Of a DNA stretch of 64,000 bases, positions 47,836 to 58,845 are shown one piece after another. Both the position numbers and the translations under genes were made by a program. Numbering within the stretch: position 1 is the first letter of the stretch; each line of letters starts with the position of its first letter. The DNA comes from Clostridia bacterium (GTDB lineage: Bacteria; Bacillota; Clostridia; UMGS1883; UMGS1540): contig JAZSIR010000013.1 in the NCBI GenBank assembly GCA_045533905.1, positions 1 through 64,000 on the forward strand. Direction: 5' to 3'. The notes below the pieces were generated by a model. That model saw nothing but the letters and a program-made list of their open reading frames with translations, was not told the origin of the DNA and searched no databases.

Positions 47836-50043
47836 ATGGCCGAGCTTCTCGTCATAGAAGGCGTTGTACAAGAGATTATTTATCAGAATATCGCAAACGG
47901 TTATACCGTTTGCGATATTGACGTGGAAGGGGTTTTTTCTACGGCTGTCGGCATTATGCCGGGTATCGCGCCGGGGGAAGGGGTGCGCCTTACGGGCACG
48001 TGGACAACCCATCACGAGTACGGCGAGCAGTTCCGTGTGGAAATATGCGAAAAAATTCTGCCGCACGGAAGGCTCCAGATTCTCCAGTATCTTTCCTCGG
48101 GCATCATCAAGGGGATAGGCCCCGCTACGGCGCAGAAAATCGTCGAAAAATTCGGGGAAGATGCGCTCGATGTTATGCGGGATCATCCTGAGAAACTTGC
48201 CAAAATCCGCGGCATCAGCCTAAGAAAAGCGGAGGAAATGCGGGCGTCGCTCCTCGAAAAGCAGGCGGTGCAGAGCATTGTAATGTTCCTGCAGCCGTTT
48301 GGCGTAACGGCGAATTTCGCCGTGCGCGTATTTCGGAAATTTGGTGCCGAGGCACAAAATAAAATCGAAAAGAATCCGTACATTCTATGCGAGGTGGACG
48401 GCATCGGCTTCAAAACGGCCGATAAAATTGCAATGCAGATGGGTGTGGCGCACGATAACGCGGCACGTCTTGAAAACGGCGTTTTATACGTACTTTCGGA
48501 GTATGCTGCAAACGGGCATACGTTTTTGCCGGAGGCGATGATTCTGACCCGCGCGGCGGAAATTCTGGAAGTTGCGGCGGCACAGATTCAAAGCACCGTG
48601 ACGGGGATGCTTCTTTCAGGCAAACTGATGCGCGAAGGGGGCGATGCGCCGCGGATATACCTGCCTCTGTATTTCCACGCGGAAATGGGCGTTGCACGAA
48701 GGCTGTATGCGGTAATGCGAAGCGGCAAAACGGGGACTGGCATCCCGATGGAGACTGCTGTATCGCAGGCAGAGCGAAGAGCCGGCATCACGCTTTCGGA
48801 AAGACAGCGTGAGGCGTGTTATATGGCTATGCAAAACGGTGTTTCCGTCATAACCGGTGGTCCTGGCACGGGGAAAACAACGGTTATAAACGCTATTATT
48901 GAAATGATGACCGAGGTGGGGGCCGCGGTTGCGCTTTGTGCGCCGACAGGACGCGCCGCAAAGCGTATGGCAGAAACCTCCGGTATGGAAGCCAAAACGA
49001 TTCACCGCCTTCTGGAGCTAAATTACGGCGGAGAAGAGGAAAGGCAGGTTTTCGGCCGGAATGAGGAGTGCCCTTTGGAGGAAGATGTCGTAATTGTGGA
49101 CGAAATGAGTATGGTGGATATTCTCCTAATGCACGCCCTCCTCAAAGCGCTGAAACCGGGCGCACGTCTTGTGCTTGTGGGGGATGCTGACCAGCTCACT
49201 TCCGTGGGCGCAGGCGATGTACTTCGCGATATTCTGAAAAGCGATGCAATTCCGTCGGTACGGCTTACGGAGATTTACAGGCAGGCGGCAGAGAGTATGA
49301 TCGTAGTCGGTGCCCATAAAATAAATGCGGGGGAAATTCCCGAAGTAAACCAAAAAGAAAAAGACTTTTTCTTTGTACACCGCGAAGATGCCGAAGGTAT
49401 TCTGGAAACGGTGTGCGAGCTTGTGTCTGCGCGCCTTCCAAGGGCGTACGGCGTTTCTCCGATGGGGCAAATACAGGTCATTTGTCCTTCGCGGAAATCA
49501 CAGCTCGGCGTAAATGTCGTAAACCGCGCCCTGCAAGCGCGGCTCAACCCGCCCGATGCCAAAAAGGAAGAGAAAATTATGGGCGAAACTGTTTTCCGTG
49601 AGGGCGATAAGGTTATGCAAATCCGCAATAATTACGATATCGTCTGGCGGTCGCTTGACAGGGACGAAGAGGGCTGCGGTGTTTTTAACGGCGACGTGGG
49701 CGTCATTCATTCCATTTACACAAAAGGACAGTATATGGAGGTTCTTTTTGACGAGGAACGGCTTGTCCGCTATGATTTCAGCCAGCTGGAGGAGCTCGAA
49801 ATGGCGTATGCCGTCACGGTGCATAAATCCCAAGGGAGCGAGTTTGACGTTGTGGTCATCCCGCAGTTCCCGTGCGCACCGCTTCTGATGAGCCGAAATT
49901 TATTGTACACAGCTGTTACCCGCGCCAAAAAGCTTGTGGTTTTGGTAGGGCGCGAGAGCGTGATGGAAACGATGATCGCCAATAACCGGCAGGTAGAAAG
50001 ATTTTCCGGTCTTTCCGAAAAAATCCGGGGGATATTCGTATGA
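47836..50043 (+). CDS. recD2: RecD2-like ATP-dependent DNA helicase
   Basis: HhH KGIG, GGPGTGKTT, DEMSM and TVHKSQGSE. Confidence 0.95.
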   Translation: MAELLVIEGVVQEIIYQNIANGYTVCDIDVEGVFSTAVGIMPGIAPGEGVRLTGTWTTHHEYGEQFRVEICEKILPHGRLQILQYLSSGIIKGIGPATAQKIVEKFGEDALDVMRDHPEKLAKIRGISLRKAEEMRASLLEKQAVQSIVMFLQPFGVTANFAVRVFRKFGAEAQNKIEKNPYILCEVDGIGFKTADKIAMQMGVAHDNAARLENGVLYVLSEYAANGHTFLPEAMILTRAAEILEVAAAQIQSTVTGMLLSGKLMREGGDAPRIYLPLYFHAEMGVARRLYAVMRSGKTGTGIPMETAVSQAERRAGITLSERQREACYMAMQNGVSVITGGPGTGKTTVINAIIEMMTEVGAAVALCAPTGRAAKRMAETSGMEAKTIHRLLELNYGGEEERQVFGRNEECPLEEDVVIVDEMSMVDILLMHALLKALKPGARLVLVGDADQLTSVGAGDVLRDILKSDAIPSVRLTEIYRQAAESMIVVGAHKINAGEIPEVNQKEKDFFFVHREDAEGILETVCELVSARLPRAYGVSPMGQIQVICPSRKSQLGVNVVNRALQARLNPPDAKKEEKIMGETVFREGDKVMQIRNNYDIVWRSLDRDEEGCGVFNGDVGVIHSIYTKGQYMEVLFDEERLVRYDFSQLEELEMAYAVTVHKSQGSEFDVVVIPQFPCAPLLMSRNLLYTAVTRAKKLVVLVGRESVMETMIANNRQVERFSGLSEKIRGIFV

Positions 50044-50750
50044 AGCGCTTTCTTTTGCGGCTTTTATATCCGCCGAAATGTATATTCTGTGAAGAGGTTC
50101 TGGAAAATGAGAACTTTGCGGTTTGCAGGGACTGCCTTGCCGAAATCTCGTACAATAAGCGTGCCTGCCGCGTGTGCGGCACACCGCTTGACACGGTGTA
50201 CGGAGAGAAGCTCTGTCCTGCCTGTCGCAAAAAGAAACGGGCATTTCAAAAGGCCTATGTGCCTTTTATCTATAAGGATGCGGTGCGCGCATCCATTCTC
50301 GGCTTCAAATTCCGCGGCAAGCGTGCGCGGGCAAAGACTTATGCGGCCTTTCTCCTTATGAAACTCAAAGAAGAGGGCGCAGAGAGGCCGGATGTAATTA
50401 CCTTTGTGCCGATGCATTTTATCAGGCGCGGAAAGCGCGGCTATAATCAGGCGGAGCTTCTTGCTAAGGAGCTCGGTATGCTCTGGTCCGTGCCTGTGGA
50501 GGGGACGCTCCGGAAGACGAAGCACACCCGACCGCAGTCCCGCTACCGCAGGAAGGACAGGCTGACAGCACCTTTCAAGGTGTATGCAGAGAAGAACGGC
50601 GTCGATATACGCGGTAAGAAAGTTCTTCTCGTGGACGATATTATCACAACAGGCACTACGATGCAGGCCTGCGCCCGCCTTCTTCGCAAAATGGGCGCAA
50701 AAGAAATCGAGATTGCCGCAATAGCGGCAACAGCGAAAAATCACGGATAG
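50040..50750 (+). CDS. comFC: ComF-family protein
   Basis: Double zinc ribbon, RGYNQ and VDDIITTGTT. Confidence 0.9.
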   Translation: MKRFLLRLLYPPKCIFCEEVLENENFAVCRDCLAEISYNKRACRVCGTPLDTVYGEKLCPACRKKKRAFQKAYVPFIYKDAVRASILGFKFRGKRARAKTYAAFLLMKLKEEGAERPDVITFVPMHFIRRGKRGYNQAELLAKELGMLWSVPVEGTLRKTKHTRPQSRYRRKDRLTAPFKVYAEKNGVDIRGKKVLLVDDIITTGTTMQACARLLRKMGAKEIEIAAIAATAKNHG

Positions 50751-50762
50751 GGAGGTGAACGT

Positions 50763-51689
50763 ATGATTCCGCTTTTGGTTATTGCAGGGCCTACGGCCTC
50801 GGGCAAAACGGCACTGGCCATAGAAATTGCAAAGCGCATCGGCGGCGAGGTTGTCTCGGCCGACTCGATGCAGGTATACCAAGATATGAATATCGGCACC
50901 GCCAAGCCGGACGAAGCGGAAAAAGACGGCGTTCCCCATCATCTTCTGGATGTTGTTCCGGCAGATACCGATTTTTCGCTCGAACAGTTTGTAAGGCTTG
51001 CGCATGCAGCTATTTCAGATATACACGCACGCGGGCATATTCCTATTCTGGCAGGCGGCACGGGGCTGTATATTGACACGGTGGCGGAAAACCGCCCGCT
51101 TTCCGAAAATTCCTTTGATCCCGGGGTGCGCGAGCGCATGGAGAACGAATGGGAAGAAAAGGGCGGCGAGGCGATGTTTTCGCTTCTCGAAAGCATTGAC
51201 CCTGCGGCGTCTGCGAAGCTGCATCCCAACGAAAAACGGCGGATTTTGCGTGCCCTTGAAATCTATTACACCACGGGCGAAACAAAAACAGAACATCTCA
51301 GAAAAAAACCGGAAAAAATTTACGATTATTTTGTATTTGCTCTTGAACTCCCACGAGAAATTTTGTATAATAGAATAAATAGGCGTGTTGACAAAATGCT
51401 CGAGGCGGGGCTCCTTCCGGAAGTGGAAAAAATCTACCGGATGCTCCGCGGGAAAAAGCATACTTCTCTCCAGGGGGTGGGGTATAAAGAACTCATCTGG
51501 TTTTTGGAGGGGAAAGCCACGATGGCGGAGGCTGTCGAGCTTATCAAACGGAACACGCGCCGCCTTGCCAAACGGCAGATGACGTGGTTTCGGCAGAACC
51601 CTTCCATCGTCTGGCTGGATGCACAAAAAGATGTAGAGAGCCTTGCGGCGGAATGTATAGAGAAGTTTTCTGCACGGGCAGACGGATAG
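50763..51689 (+). CDS. miaA: tRNA dimethylallyltransferase
   Basis: GPTASGKT, SADSMQVY and AKRQMTWF. Confidence 0.97.
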   Translation: MIPLLVIAGPTASGKTALAIEIAKRIGGEVVSADSMQVYQDMNIGTAKPDEAEKDGVPHHLLDVVPADTDFSLEQFVRLAHAAISDIHARGHIPILAGGTGLYIDTVAENRPLSENSFDPGVRERMENEWEEKGGEAMFSLLESIDPAASAKLHPNEKRRILRALEIYYTTGETKTEHLRKKPEKIYDYFVFALELPREILYNRINRRVDKMLEAGLLPEVEKIYRMLRGKKHTSLQGVGYKELIWFLEGKATMAEAVELIKRNTRRLAKRQMTWFRQNPSIVWLDAQKDVESLAAECIEKFSARADG

Positions 51690-51700
51690 GGAGAAACAGT

Positions 51701-52840
51701 ATGCGAAAGAATGTAAAAATTCTGCTCATAGCCATATTACTTCTGTTTGCTTTATGGAATATCGTGTCGCTCTTTTTAGGGCGGAACAACTCTTTCATTG
51801 CGCAGTATGGCGCGATGGAGGATACCTTCGGCACCACCTTGTATCTGTTTAAGGACGAGACGGTGATTGAAGGCGCGGGTGACGGCGTTTTGCGCCCCAC
51901 CGTGCCGGACGGGGAGCGCGTGCATCGCGGCGCCCGCATCGGCGCCCTTCTGACAGGGGATACGGACGAGGGTGCACTGCACGAATTTCTGCGGATTCAG
52001 GATCGCCTCACAAGGCTTAAAAACCGGAGCGCAGACGAAAACTACACGGAAACCGTGCGGACCGACGAGGAAATTTCCACCGTTTCCGCACTTATATCCG
52101 CGGCGGCCAGCCGGGGCGATATGAAAAAAGTCAGCGCCTTAAAGGATGAGCTTCTCATTGCCAAGGATGAGAAAAGCGCGGCGGACGGGCAAAGGGACAA
52201 GCTGATTGCGCTTTTGGAGGAACGGCAAAAGAGTCTTTCGGCAGGCTTTGGCAACAGCATCAAAGAAATTTACAGTCCCCGCGCAGGCACGTTGCTTCTC
52301 GGTACGGACGGGTTGGAAGACGATATGACCACAAAAGCAGCCGAAGGGCTTACGGTAGAAGCATTCCGGGAGCTTACAGCGCGCGAGACGGAGAAAAAAA
52401 GTGGCTGCAAGGTTTTATATAATGCAGAATGGCGCGCCGCTGCAGAGGTGGATGCGGCCGTTTGTGAAAGACTTTCTCCGGGACAGACGGTGTCCCTCAG
52501 ACTTTATGAATGTGGCGGGGCTACGGAAAAAGCGAAGATTTTAGAAATCTCGGAGGAGACAGACGGAAAGTGCATTGTTGTATTTTCGTCCAACCGCACA
52601 CCGGAAGGCCTTGTACAGTGCCGGCGAATCACGGCGGATGTCATCATTGCGCGGTATGAAGGCCTGCGCATTCCGAAAAAGGCCATCGAAGAAAAAGACG
52701 GCGAGACCGGTGTGTATGTAAAAACTGTGACGGAAGAGGTCTTTAAGAAGACTGACGTTTCCTACACAGGTGAGGAATATGCCATCATCCGCAAAGGCGA
52801 AGCCACAGAGCTTGGGCTTTACGATACGGTGGTATACTGA
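51701..52840 (+). CDS. HlyD-like membrane-anchored protein
   Basis: N-terminal TM, biotinyl-like G...GERV, coiled coil and GLRIP; usual gene upstream of yggS-sepF in Clostridia. Confidence 0.7.
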   Translation: MRKNVKILLIAILLLFALWNIVSLFLGRNNSFIAQYGAMEDTFGTTLYLFKDETVIEGAGDGVLRPTVPDGERVHRGARIGALLTGDTDEGALHEFLRIQDRLTRLKNRSADENYTETVRTDEEISTVSALISAAASRGDMKKVSALKDELLIAKDEKSAADGQRDKLIALLEERQKSLSAGFGNSIKEIYSPRAGTLLLGTDGLEDDMTTKAAEGLTVEAFRELTARETEKKSGCKVLYNAEWRAAAEVDAAVCERLSPGQTVSLRLYECGGATEKAKILEISEETDGKCIVVFSSNRTPEGLVQCRRITADVIIARYEGLRIPKKAIEEKDGETGVYVKTVTEEVFKKTDVSYTGEEYAIIRKGEATELGLYDTVVY

Positions 52841-52852
52841 TGGGAGGAAAAA

Positions 52853-53551
52853 ATGCCCATACAGGAAAATCTGGAAAAAATAAGAAGTGAAATCGCAGCG
52901 GCAGCCCAAAGAGCCGGCAGACGGCCTGAGGAGATCATTCTTCTCGGCGCTACCAAAACGGTGGAGCCGGCAAGAATGCAGACGGCGGTAGACTTTGGTC
53001 TTTCCCATATCGGCGAAAACCGCGTGCAGGAGCTTGTAGAAAAATATGATAAAATACAAGGCGCCACCTGGCATTTTATCGGGCACCTGCAAACCAATAA
53101 AGTAAAATATATTATCGATAAAGCGGCACTGATTCACGCCGCAGACTCTGCAAGGCTTCTGGATGAAATTGAGCGGCAGGCTCAAAAGCACGGCATCCGC
53201 GCACATGTGCTTCTTGAAATCAACGCCTCGGGAGAAGAAAGTAAATTCGGAATGCCTTTCTCGGCGGCAAGGCCGATCATCGAAGAAAACGAAAAACGGA
53301 AGAATGTGCAGATTGACGGGCTTATGACAATCGGGCCGAACACGAAGGAAGAGGGCGCGGTGCGTGCGGCTTTCGAAAAAATGCGTACGCTTTTTGAAAC
53401 GCTCCGGACGGAAAAATTTGAAAACTGCCGTATGGAATATCTTTCCATGGGTATGAGCGGCGACTATACGGCCGCAATTGAAGAGGGTGCAAATATTGTA
53501 AGAATCGGAAGTGCAATATTTGGATATAGAGAATATGGAGGTAAGCAGTAA
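52853..53551 (+). CDS. yggS: PLP homeostasis protein YggS/YlmE
   Basis: GENRVQE, WHFIGHLQTNK and SMGMSGD. Confidence 0.96.
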   Translation: MPIQENLEKIRSEIAAAAQRAGRRPEEIILLGATKTVEPARMQTAVDFGLSHIGENRVQELVEKYDKIQGATWHFIGHLQTNKVKYIIDKAALIHAADSARLLDEIERQAQKHGIRAHVLLEINASGEESKFGMPFSAARPIIEENEKRKNVQIDGLMTIGPNTKEEGAVRAAFEKMRTLFETLRTEKFENCRMEYLSMGMSGDYTAAIEEGANIVRIGSAIFGYREYGGKQ

Positions 53552-53552
53552 A

Positions 53553-54020
53553 ATGGCAAAGATTTTTGGAAAACTCGGCGAAATGATTTTTGGCAGCGAA
53601 GAGGACGATTTTGAAGAATTCGACTTTGAAGACGAACCGGAAAGATTGAAACCGGACGTAAAACCGATTGGTATGATGCGTGCGAAGGCGCCGGCAGCAC
53701 CGGCCGCAAGTAGGGTTGTTAGTATGACGGCTACCACGCAGCTCGAGGTTGCCGTTTTGCAGCCGGCAACATACGAAGATGCCAGTGAGATTGCAGACCG
53801 CCTCAAGGCAAAGAAGGCAGTGGTTGTAAATCTCGAAGACCTTACAAAGGAAGATGCCATTAAGGTTTTAGACTTTGTAAGCGGCGTTGTATATGCACTG
53901 GAAGGCAATATCCAGAAGGTTTCCAGCGGTATTTTCCTCATTGCGCCGTATAATGTGAGCATCGCAGGCGATGTTCGTGATGAGCTCAAGAATAAGGGCT
54001 TTTTCCCGTGGACACTCTAA
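53553..54020 (+). CDS. sepF: Cell division protein SepF
   Basis: VVVNLE...LDFVSGVVYALEG...IFLIAP. Confidence 0.93.
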   Translation: MAKIFGKLGEMIFGSEEDDFEEFDFEDEPERLKPDVKPIGMMRAKAPAAPAASRVVSMTATTQLEVAVLQPATYEDASEIADRLKAKKAVVVNLEDLTKEDAIKVLDFVSGVVYALEGNIQKVSSGIFLIAPYNVSIAGDVRDELKNKGFFPWTL

Positions 54021-54063
54021 GTAAAAAAGAATAAATTTACAAAAGAAGGATGTGGCACACGCT

Positions 54064-54627
54064 ATGTATACACCGCTTGAACTCGAAAAAATAGAATTCG
54101 GTAACGCTTTTATGGGTGGCTATAAGCGCGAGGACGTTGAGGAAGTTTTCAACGAGCTGACCGCAGATTACGAAACACTCTACAAAGAAAACATTGCCCT
54201 TAAAGATAAGCTTTCTATGCTGCAGGGCCTTGTGGACAAATATAAGACGATGGAGGATGCCCTCCAGAATGCCCTTCTTCTGGCACAGACCAGTAGCGAT
54301 GCGGCCATTCGTGCCGCGCAGGATAAGGCACAGAATATTATCAAAGAGGCAGAAGCCCGTGCCGCTTATCTTGTGAAGGAAGCAGAAGAAAGCGTAAAGC
54401 TCCAAAGCCAGAAGGAGCTTGATATGAAGCGGAATATCAGTGTGTTTGCCGCACGGAACATTTCGCAGCTGCGTACCCAGATTGAAATATTAAACGGTAT
54501 GGTTGCACAGGAAAATGAGCAGGCCGTGCCGTATGTACCGGAGATTGTGGTGCCGGAAGTGGCCGCACCCTCCCCGATGGAAGCCACACAGATAGCCTCT
54601 CCGCTTATCAAGGAGACAGAGAACTAA
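54064..54627 (+). CDS. divIVA: DivIVA-domain protein
   Basis: TPLEL...F...GY...VEE followed by a coiled coil. Confidence 0.88.
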   Translation: MYTPLELEKIEFGNAFMGGYKREDVEEVFNELTADYETLYKENIALKDKLSMLQGLVDKYKTMEDALQNALLLAQTSSDAAIRAAQDKAQNIIKEAEARAAYLVKEAEESVKLQSQKELDMKRNISVFAARNISQLRTQIEILNGMVAQENEQAVPYVPEIVVPEVAAPSPMEATQIASPLIKETEN

Positions 54628-54646
54628 ACCGAAAGGATTGAACACT

Positions 54647-57421
54647 ATGGATTATGGCAAAACACTGAATTTGCCCGAAACCGAGTTCCCGATGCGCGGT
54701 AATTTGCCGACAAGAGAGCCGGAAACACAGAAAAAATGGGAAGAAAACGATTTGTACGGCGGCCTTATGGAAAAGAATGCCGATAAGCCGCTGTTTATCC
54801 TGCATGACGGTCCTCCGTATGCAAACGGCGATATGCATATGGGCCATGCGCTGAATAAAACGCTGAAAGATATCATCGTTCGCTATAAGAATATGAGCGG
54901 CTTCCGCGCACCTTACATTCACGGCTGGGATACACACGGTCTCCCGATTGAGCGCCAGGCCATCAAAAAGCTTGGCATCAACCGCAGCGAGGTTTCTGTT
55001 TCTGCCTTCCGTGAAGAATGTAAGAAATTTGCACTTGGATACGTGGAAAATCAGAAAAGCCAGATCCGTCGCCTCGGTTCCCTTGGCGATTATGATAATT
55101 CGTACCTCACACTCGCACCGGAATTCGAAGCCAAACAGATTGAAATTTTCGGTGAAATGGCAAAGAAGGGCTACATCTACAAGGGCCTCAAGCCTATTTA
55201 TTGGTGCCCGGACTGCGAAACGGCGCTTGCCGAAGCTGAAATCGAGTACGAAGAAGATAAGACGAATTCCATCTACGTAAAATTCCGCGTAGCAGACGAT
55301 AAAGGCCTTTTCGCGGATGTAAAAGAACCCGTATACTTCGTAATCTGGACGACTACGACCTGGACGCTTCCCGGTAACGTGGCCATCGCCGTAAATCCCG
55401 ATTTTACGTATAGCCTCGTTCGCGCAGGCGGCGAAGTGTATGTGATTGCAGACGAACTCGTAGAAAACGTTATGCGCGTTGGCAAAATCACGGAATACGA
55501 AAAGATTGGTGAATATCGGGGCAGTGACCTTGAATATATTACCTGTAACCATCCGTTTATGGATAGAACCTCTCTCGTTATCGTAGGTGACCATGTTACA
55601 CTCGATGCCGGTACCGGCTGTGTACACACGGCCCCCGGTCACGGCGGTGAGGACTATTTGGCCTGCCGTCCCTACAAGGAAATCCCGATTCTAGTTCCTG
55701 TAGACAGCAAGGGCTACTTAAACGAACTTGCAGGCGAATTCTCGGGCCTTCACTACTCCAAGGCAAACCCGGCCATCGAAGAAAAGCTGACTTCTCTCGG
55801 CGCACTTTACGCCATCGAAGAAATCATCCACCAGTACCCGCATTGCTGGCGTTGCCATGAGCCGATTGTATTCCGTGCCACCGAGCAGTGGTTTGCATCG
55901 GTAGACAGCATCAAGGATGCGGCGGTAGACGCAATTCACAAGGTACAGTGGATTCCGAAGTGGGGCGAAGAACGCATCTCCAGCATGGTGGTCGACAGAA
56001 CAGACTGGTGTATCTCCCGTCAGAGAACCTGGGGCGTGCCGATTCCGATTTTCTACTGCAAGGATTGCGGTGAAGCGCTTATCAATGACGATACTATCCG
56101 TGCTGTTGCGGCTCTCTTTAAGGAAAAGGGAAGCGGCGCCTGGTACGAAGTGGACGCTTCCGAAATTCTGCCGAAGGGCACAGCCTGCAAATGCGGCTGC
56201 ACCGAATTTACAAAAGAAAAAGACATTATGGACGTATGGTTTGACTCGGGTTCGAGCCACGCCGGCGTTTTAGATGTAAAAGAAGGTCTCCGTTTCCCGG
56301 CAGACTTGTATCTTGAAGGCAATGACCAGTACAGAGGCTGGTTCCAGTCCTCGCTTCTCACCTCGATTGCAGCCCGTGGCGTGGCACCGTATAAATCGGT
56401 TATCACACATGGTATGATCGTGGATGCAGACGGACAGAAAATGTCGAAATCCAAAGGTAACGGCGTAAGTCCGCAGGATATTATCAAGGACTTCGGTGCC
56501 GATATTCTGCGCCTTTGGGTTGTATCGGCCGACTTTAAGACGGATATGCGCATCTCCAAGGAAATCCTCAAGCAGATGTCCGAAGTATACCGCAAAATCC
56601 GCAACACCGCACGCTACATTCTCGGTAATATTCACGATTTCAATCCGAAAACGGACAGCGTTGCCCTCTCTGAAATGAACGAACTTGACAGATGGGCTAT
56701 GATGCGCCTTGACGAGATGACCGAGAAGGTACTGTCTGCATACGAAAACTACGAATTCCATCTTATCTACCACGCCATCCATAACTTCTGCGTTGTAGAT
56801 ATGAGTAACTTCTATCTGGATATCATCAAGGACCGCTTGTATGTAGAAAAAGCGTCGAGCACTGCCCGCCGCGCCGCACAGACGGTTATGCACGCTGTTC
56901 TCGATACGATTGTAAGACTTCTCGCACCCGTCCTTGTGTACACCACAGAGGAAATCTGGCAGTTTATGCCGCATAACGAGGGTGACGACGAGAGAAGCGT
57001 ACTCTATAACGATATGCCCAAAACACGTGGCGCGGCCTCTGCCGAGCTTTCCGAAAAGTGGGATCGTTTCATTAAGGTACGCGCCGATGTATCGAAGGCA
57101 CTTGAAAATGCACGCGCCGAAAAGAAAATTGGTAACTCTGTCGGTGCAGGTGTTGTCCTTTATGTATCTTCTGAAATGAAGGCATTCCTCGAAACCTTCG
57201 GCGACACACTTCCGACGCTCTTCATCGTATCTTCCGTAACCCTTTCGGAAGGTGCGGCACCCGAGGGCGCATATGCAGGCGAAACAGAAGGCCTCGCTGT
57301 CGAAATTACAACGCCCGAAGGCGAAAAGTGCGAAAGATGCTGGCTTTACAGCAAGACGGTTGGGGCAGACGCGGCGCATCCCACCCTTTGCAGCCGCTGC
57401 ACCGAAATCATTAAAGAGTAG
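54647..57421 (+). CDS. ileS: Isoleucyl-tRNA synthetase
   Basis: HDGPPYANG, HMGH, KMSKS and C-terminal zinc finger. Confidence 0.98.
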   Translation: MDYGKTLNLPETEFPMRGNLPTREPETQKKWEENDLYGGLMEKNADKPLFILHDGPPYANGDMHMGHALNKTLKDIIVRYKNMSGFRAPYIHGWDTHGLPIERQAIKKLGINRSEVSVSAFREECKKFALGYVENQKSQIRRLGSLGDYDNSYLTLAPEFEAKQIEIFGEMAKKGYIYKGLKPIYWCPDCETALAEAEIEYEEDKTNSIYVKFRVADDKGLFADVKEPVYFVIWTTTTWTLPGNVAIAVNPDFTYSLVRAGGEVYVIADELVENVMRVGKITEYEKIGEYRGSDLEYITCNHPFMDRTSLVIVGDHVTLDAGTGCVHTAPGHGGEDYLACRPYKEIPILVPVDSKGYLNELAGEFSGLHYSKANPAIEEKLTSLGALYAIEEIIHQYPHCWRCHEPIVFRATEQWFASVDSIKDAAVDAIHKVQWIPKWGEERISSMVVDRTDWCISRQRTWGVPIPIFYCKDCGEALINDDTIRAVAALFKEKGSGAWYEVDASEILPKGTACKCGCTEFTKEKDIMDVWFDSGSSHAGVLDVKEGLRFPADLYLEGNDQYRGWFQSSLLTSIAARGVAPYKSVITHGMIVDADGQKMSKSKGNGVSPQDIIKDFGADILRLWVVSADFKTDMRISKEILKQMSEVYRKIRNTARYILGNIHDFNPKTDSVALSEMNELDRWAMMRLDEMTEKVLSAYENYEFHLIYHAIHNFCVVDMSNFYLDIIKDRLYVEKASSTARRAAQTVMHAVLDTIVRLLAPVLVYTTEEIWQFMPHNEGDDERSVLYNDMPKTRGAASAELSEKWDRFIKVRADVSKALENARAEKKIGNSVGAGVVLYVSSEMKAFLETFGDTLPTLFIVSSVTLSEGAAPEGAYAGETEGLAVEITTPEGEKCERCWLYSKTVGADAAHPTLCSRCTEIIKE

Positions 57422-57436
57422 GAGAAATACAAAATA

Positions 57437-57889
57437 ATGCCGTATCTTCCTGTCTGTATGGGAATTATTACATTTGTGGCGGATCGCCTTACAAAGGCAT
57501 ACATTGCCGCAAATATGAAGCTTGGAGAAAGCATACCGGTCATAGAGGATGTTTTCCATATTACCTATAAAACGAATACCGGCGCGGCTTTCAGCATTTT
57601 AAGCGGAAAGGTTCCGTTCCTGATAGTGGCAACGCTTCTTATCATCGTAGCGTTAGTCGCGCTGATTCTCGTGAAAAAGCCGAAGAGTAAAATCTTTCAG
57701 GCATCGGTGGCACTGATTCTTTCCGGCGCAATCGGAAATCTTGTGGATAGAGTTCTTCTCGGCCACGTTGTGGACTTTCTGGATGCGCGGTTTATAAACT
57801 TTCCCATCTTCAACGTCGCAGATATCTGCGTCGTGTGCGGGGCGGCACTCTTTTGTCTCTATGTTTTCAAGAGTACGGATTTTGAGTAA
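57437..57889 (+). CDS. lspA: Signal peptidase II
   Basis: NTGAAF, GNLVDR, VVDF and FNVAD. Confidence 0.96.
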   Translation: MPYLPVCMGIITFVADRLTKAYIAANMKLGESIPVIEDVFHITYKTNTGAAFSILSGKVPFLIVATLLIIVALVALILVKKPKSKIFQASVALILSGAIGNLVDRVLLGHVVDFLDARFINFPIFNVADICVVCGAALFCLYVFKSTDFE

Positions 57890-58797
57890 TGGAATACGAA
57901 GCGTTTTTGGGAGAAAGACTCGATAAGGCCATCGCGGCGGTGCACACGGAGCTTAGCCGCTCGTATGTGCAGGAACTGATTGCAAACGGAAATATAAAAG
58001 TTTCCGGAAAAACGGTACGTCCGGGATATAAACTCCGCGCGGGCGATACGGTTGAGGTGCAGATTCCGGACCCCGTGAAAATCGAAACGGTGGCGCAGGA
58101 AATACCCCTTGATATTGTGTATGAGGACGAGAGCGTTTTAGTTATCAATAAACCGGCCGGTATGGTGGTACACCCTGCCGCAGGGAATTATGAGGATACG
58201 CTTGTAAACGCCCTTCTCCATCATTGCGGCGATTCTCTTTCTGCAATCGGGGGCGTAATGCGCCCCGGCATTGTGCACCGCATTGATAAAGATACTACCG
58301 GTCTTTTGGTGGTGGCAAAGGGCGATAAGGCGCACCGTCATCTTTCCGACCAGCTCAAAACGCGAACACTTTCGAGAAAATATGCCGCGCTTGTGCACGG
58401 CAATGTGAAAGAAGATTCCGGCACCATATCGGCCGATATCGGGCGCGACAGCCGCGACCGCAAAAAGATGGCGGTTGTGAAAACGGGCGGCAGAGAAGCC
58501 GTAACGCATTTTACGGTTGCCGAGCGCTTTGGGCAGTACACGCTCCTTTCTTGTAAACTCGAAACAGGGCGCACGCACCAGATTCGCGTCCATATGCGCC
58601 ATCGCGGCCACCCTATCGTGGGGGATAAAACGTATGGCGTTAAAAAAGAAAGCTTCGGGCTTTCGGGGCAGCTACTGCACGCCGGCGAAATCGGCTTTAT
58701 CCATCCCGAAACGGGGGAAGAGATGCATTTTACCGCACCGCTTCCGGAGCCGTTTTTGCGCGTACTTCAAATTTTAAGAGAAAAACAAAATGGATAA
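57889..58797 (+). CDS. rluD: RluD-family pseudouridine synthase
   Basis: S4 domain, HRIDKDTTG and TGRTHQIRVH. Confidence 0.93.
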   Translation: MEYEAFLGERLDKAIAAVHTELSRSYVQELIANGNIKVSGKTVRPGYKLRAGDTVEVQIPDPVKIETVAQEIPLDIVYEDESVLVINKPAGMVVHPAAGNYEDTLVNALLHHCGDSLSAIGGVMRPGIVHRIDKDTTGLLVVAKGDKAHRHLSDQLKTRTLSRKYAALVHGNVKEDSGTISADIGRDSRDRKKMAVVKTGGREAVTHFTVAERFGQYTLLSCKLETGRTHQIRVHMRHRGHPIVGDKTYGVKKESFGLSGQLLHAGEIGFIHPETGEEMHFTAPLPEPFLRVLQILREKQNG

Positions 58798-58845
58798 AGG
58801 CAGGGCATATGGGCTCCTGCCTTTTTCAGAATCGGAGGGAAGTTT

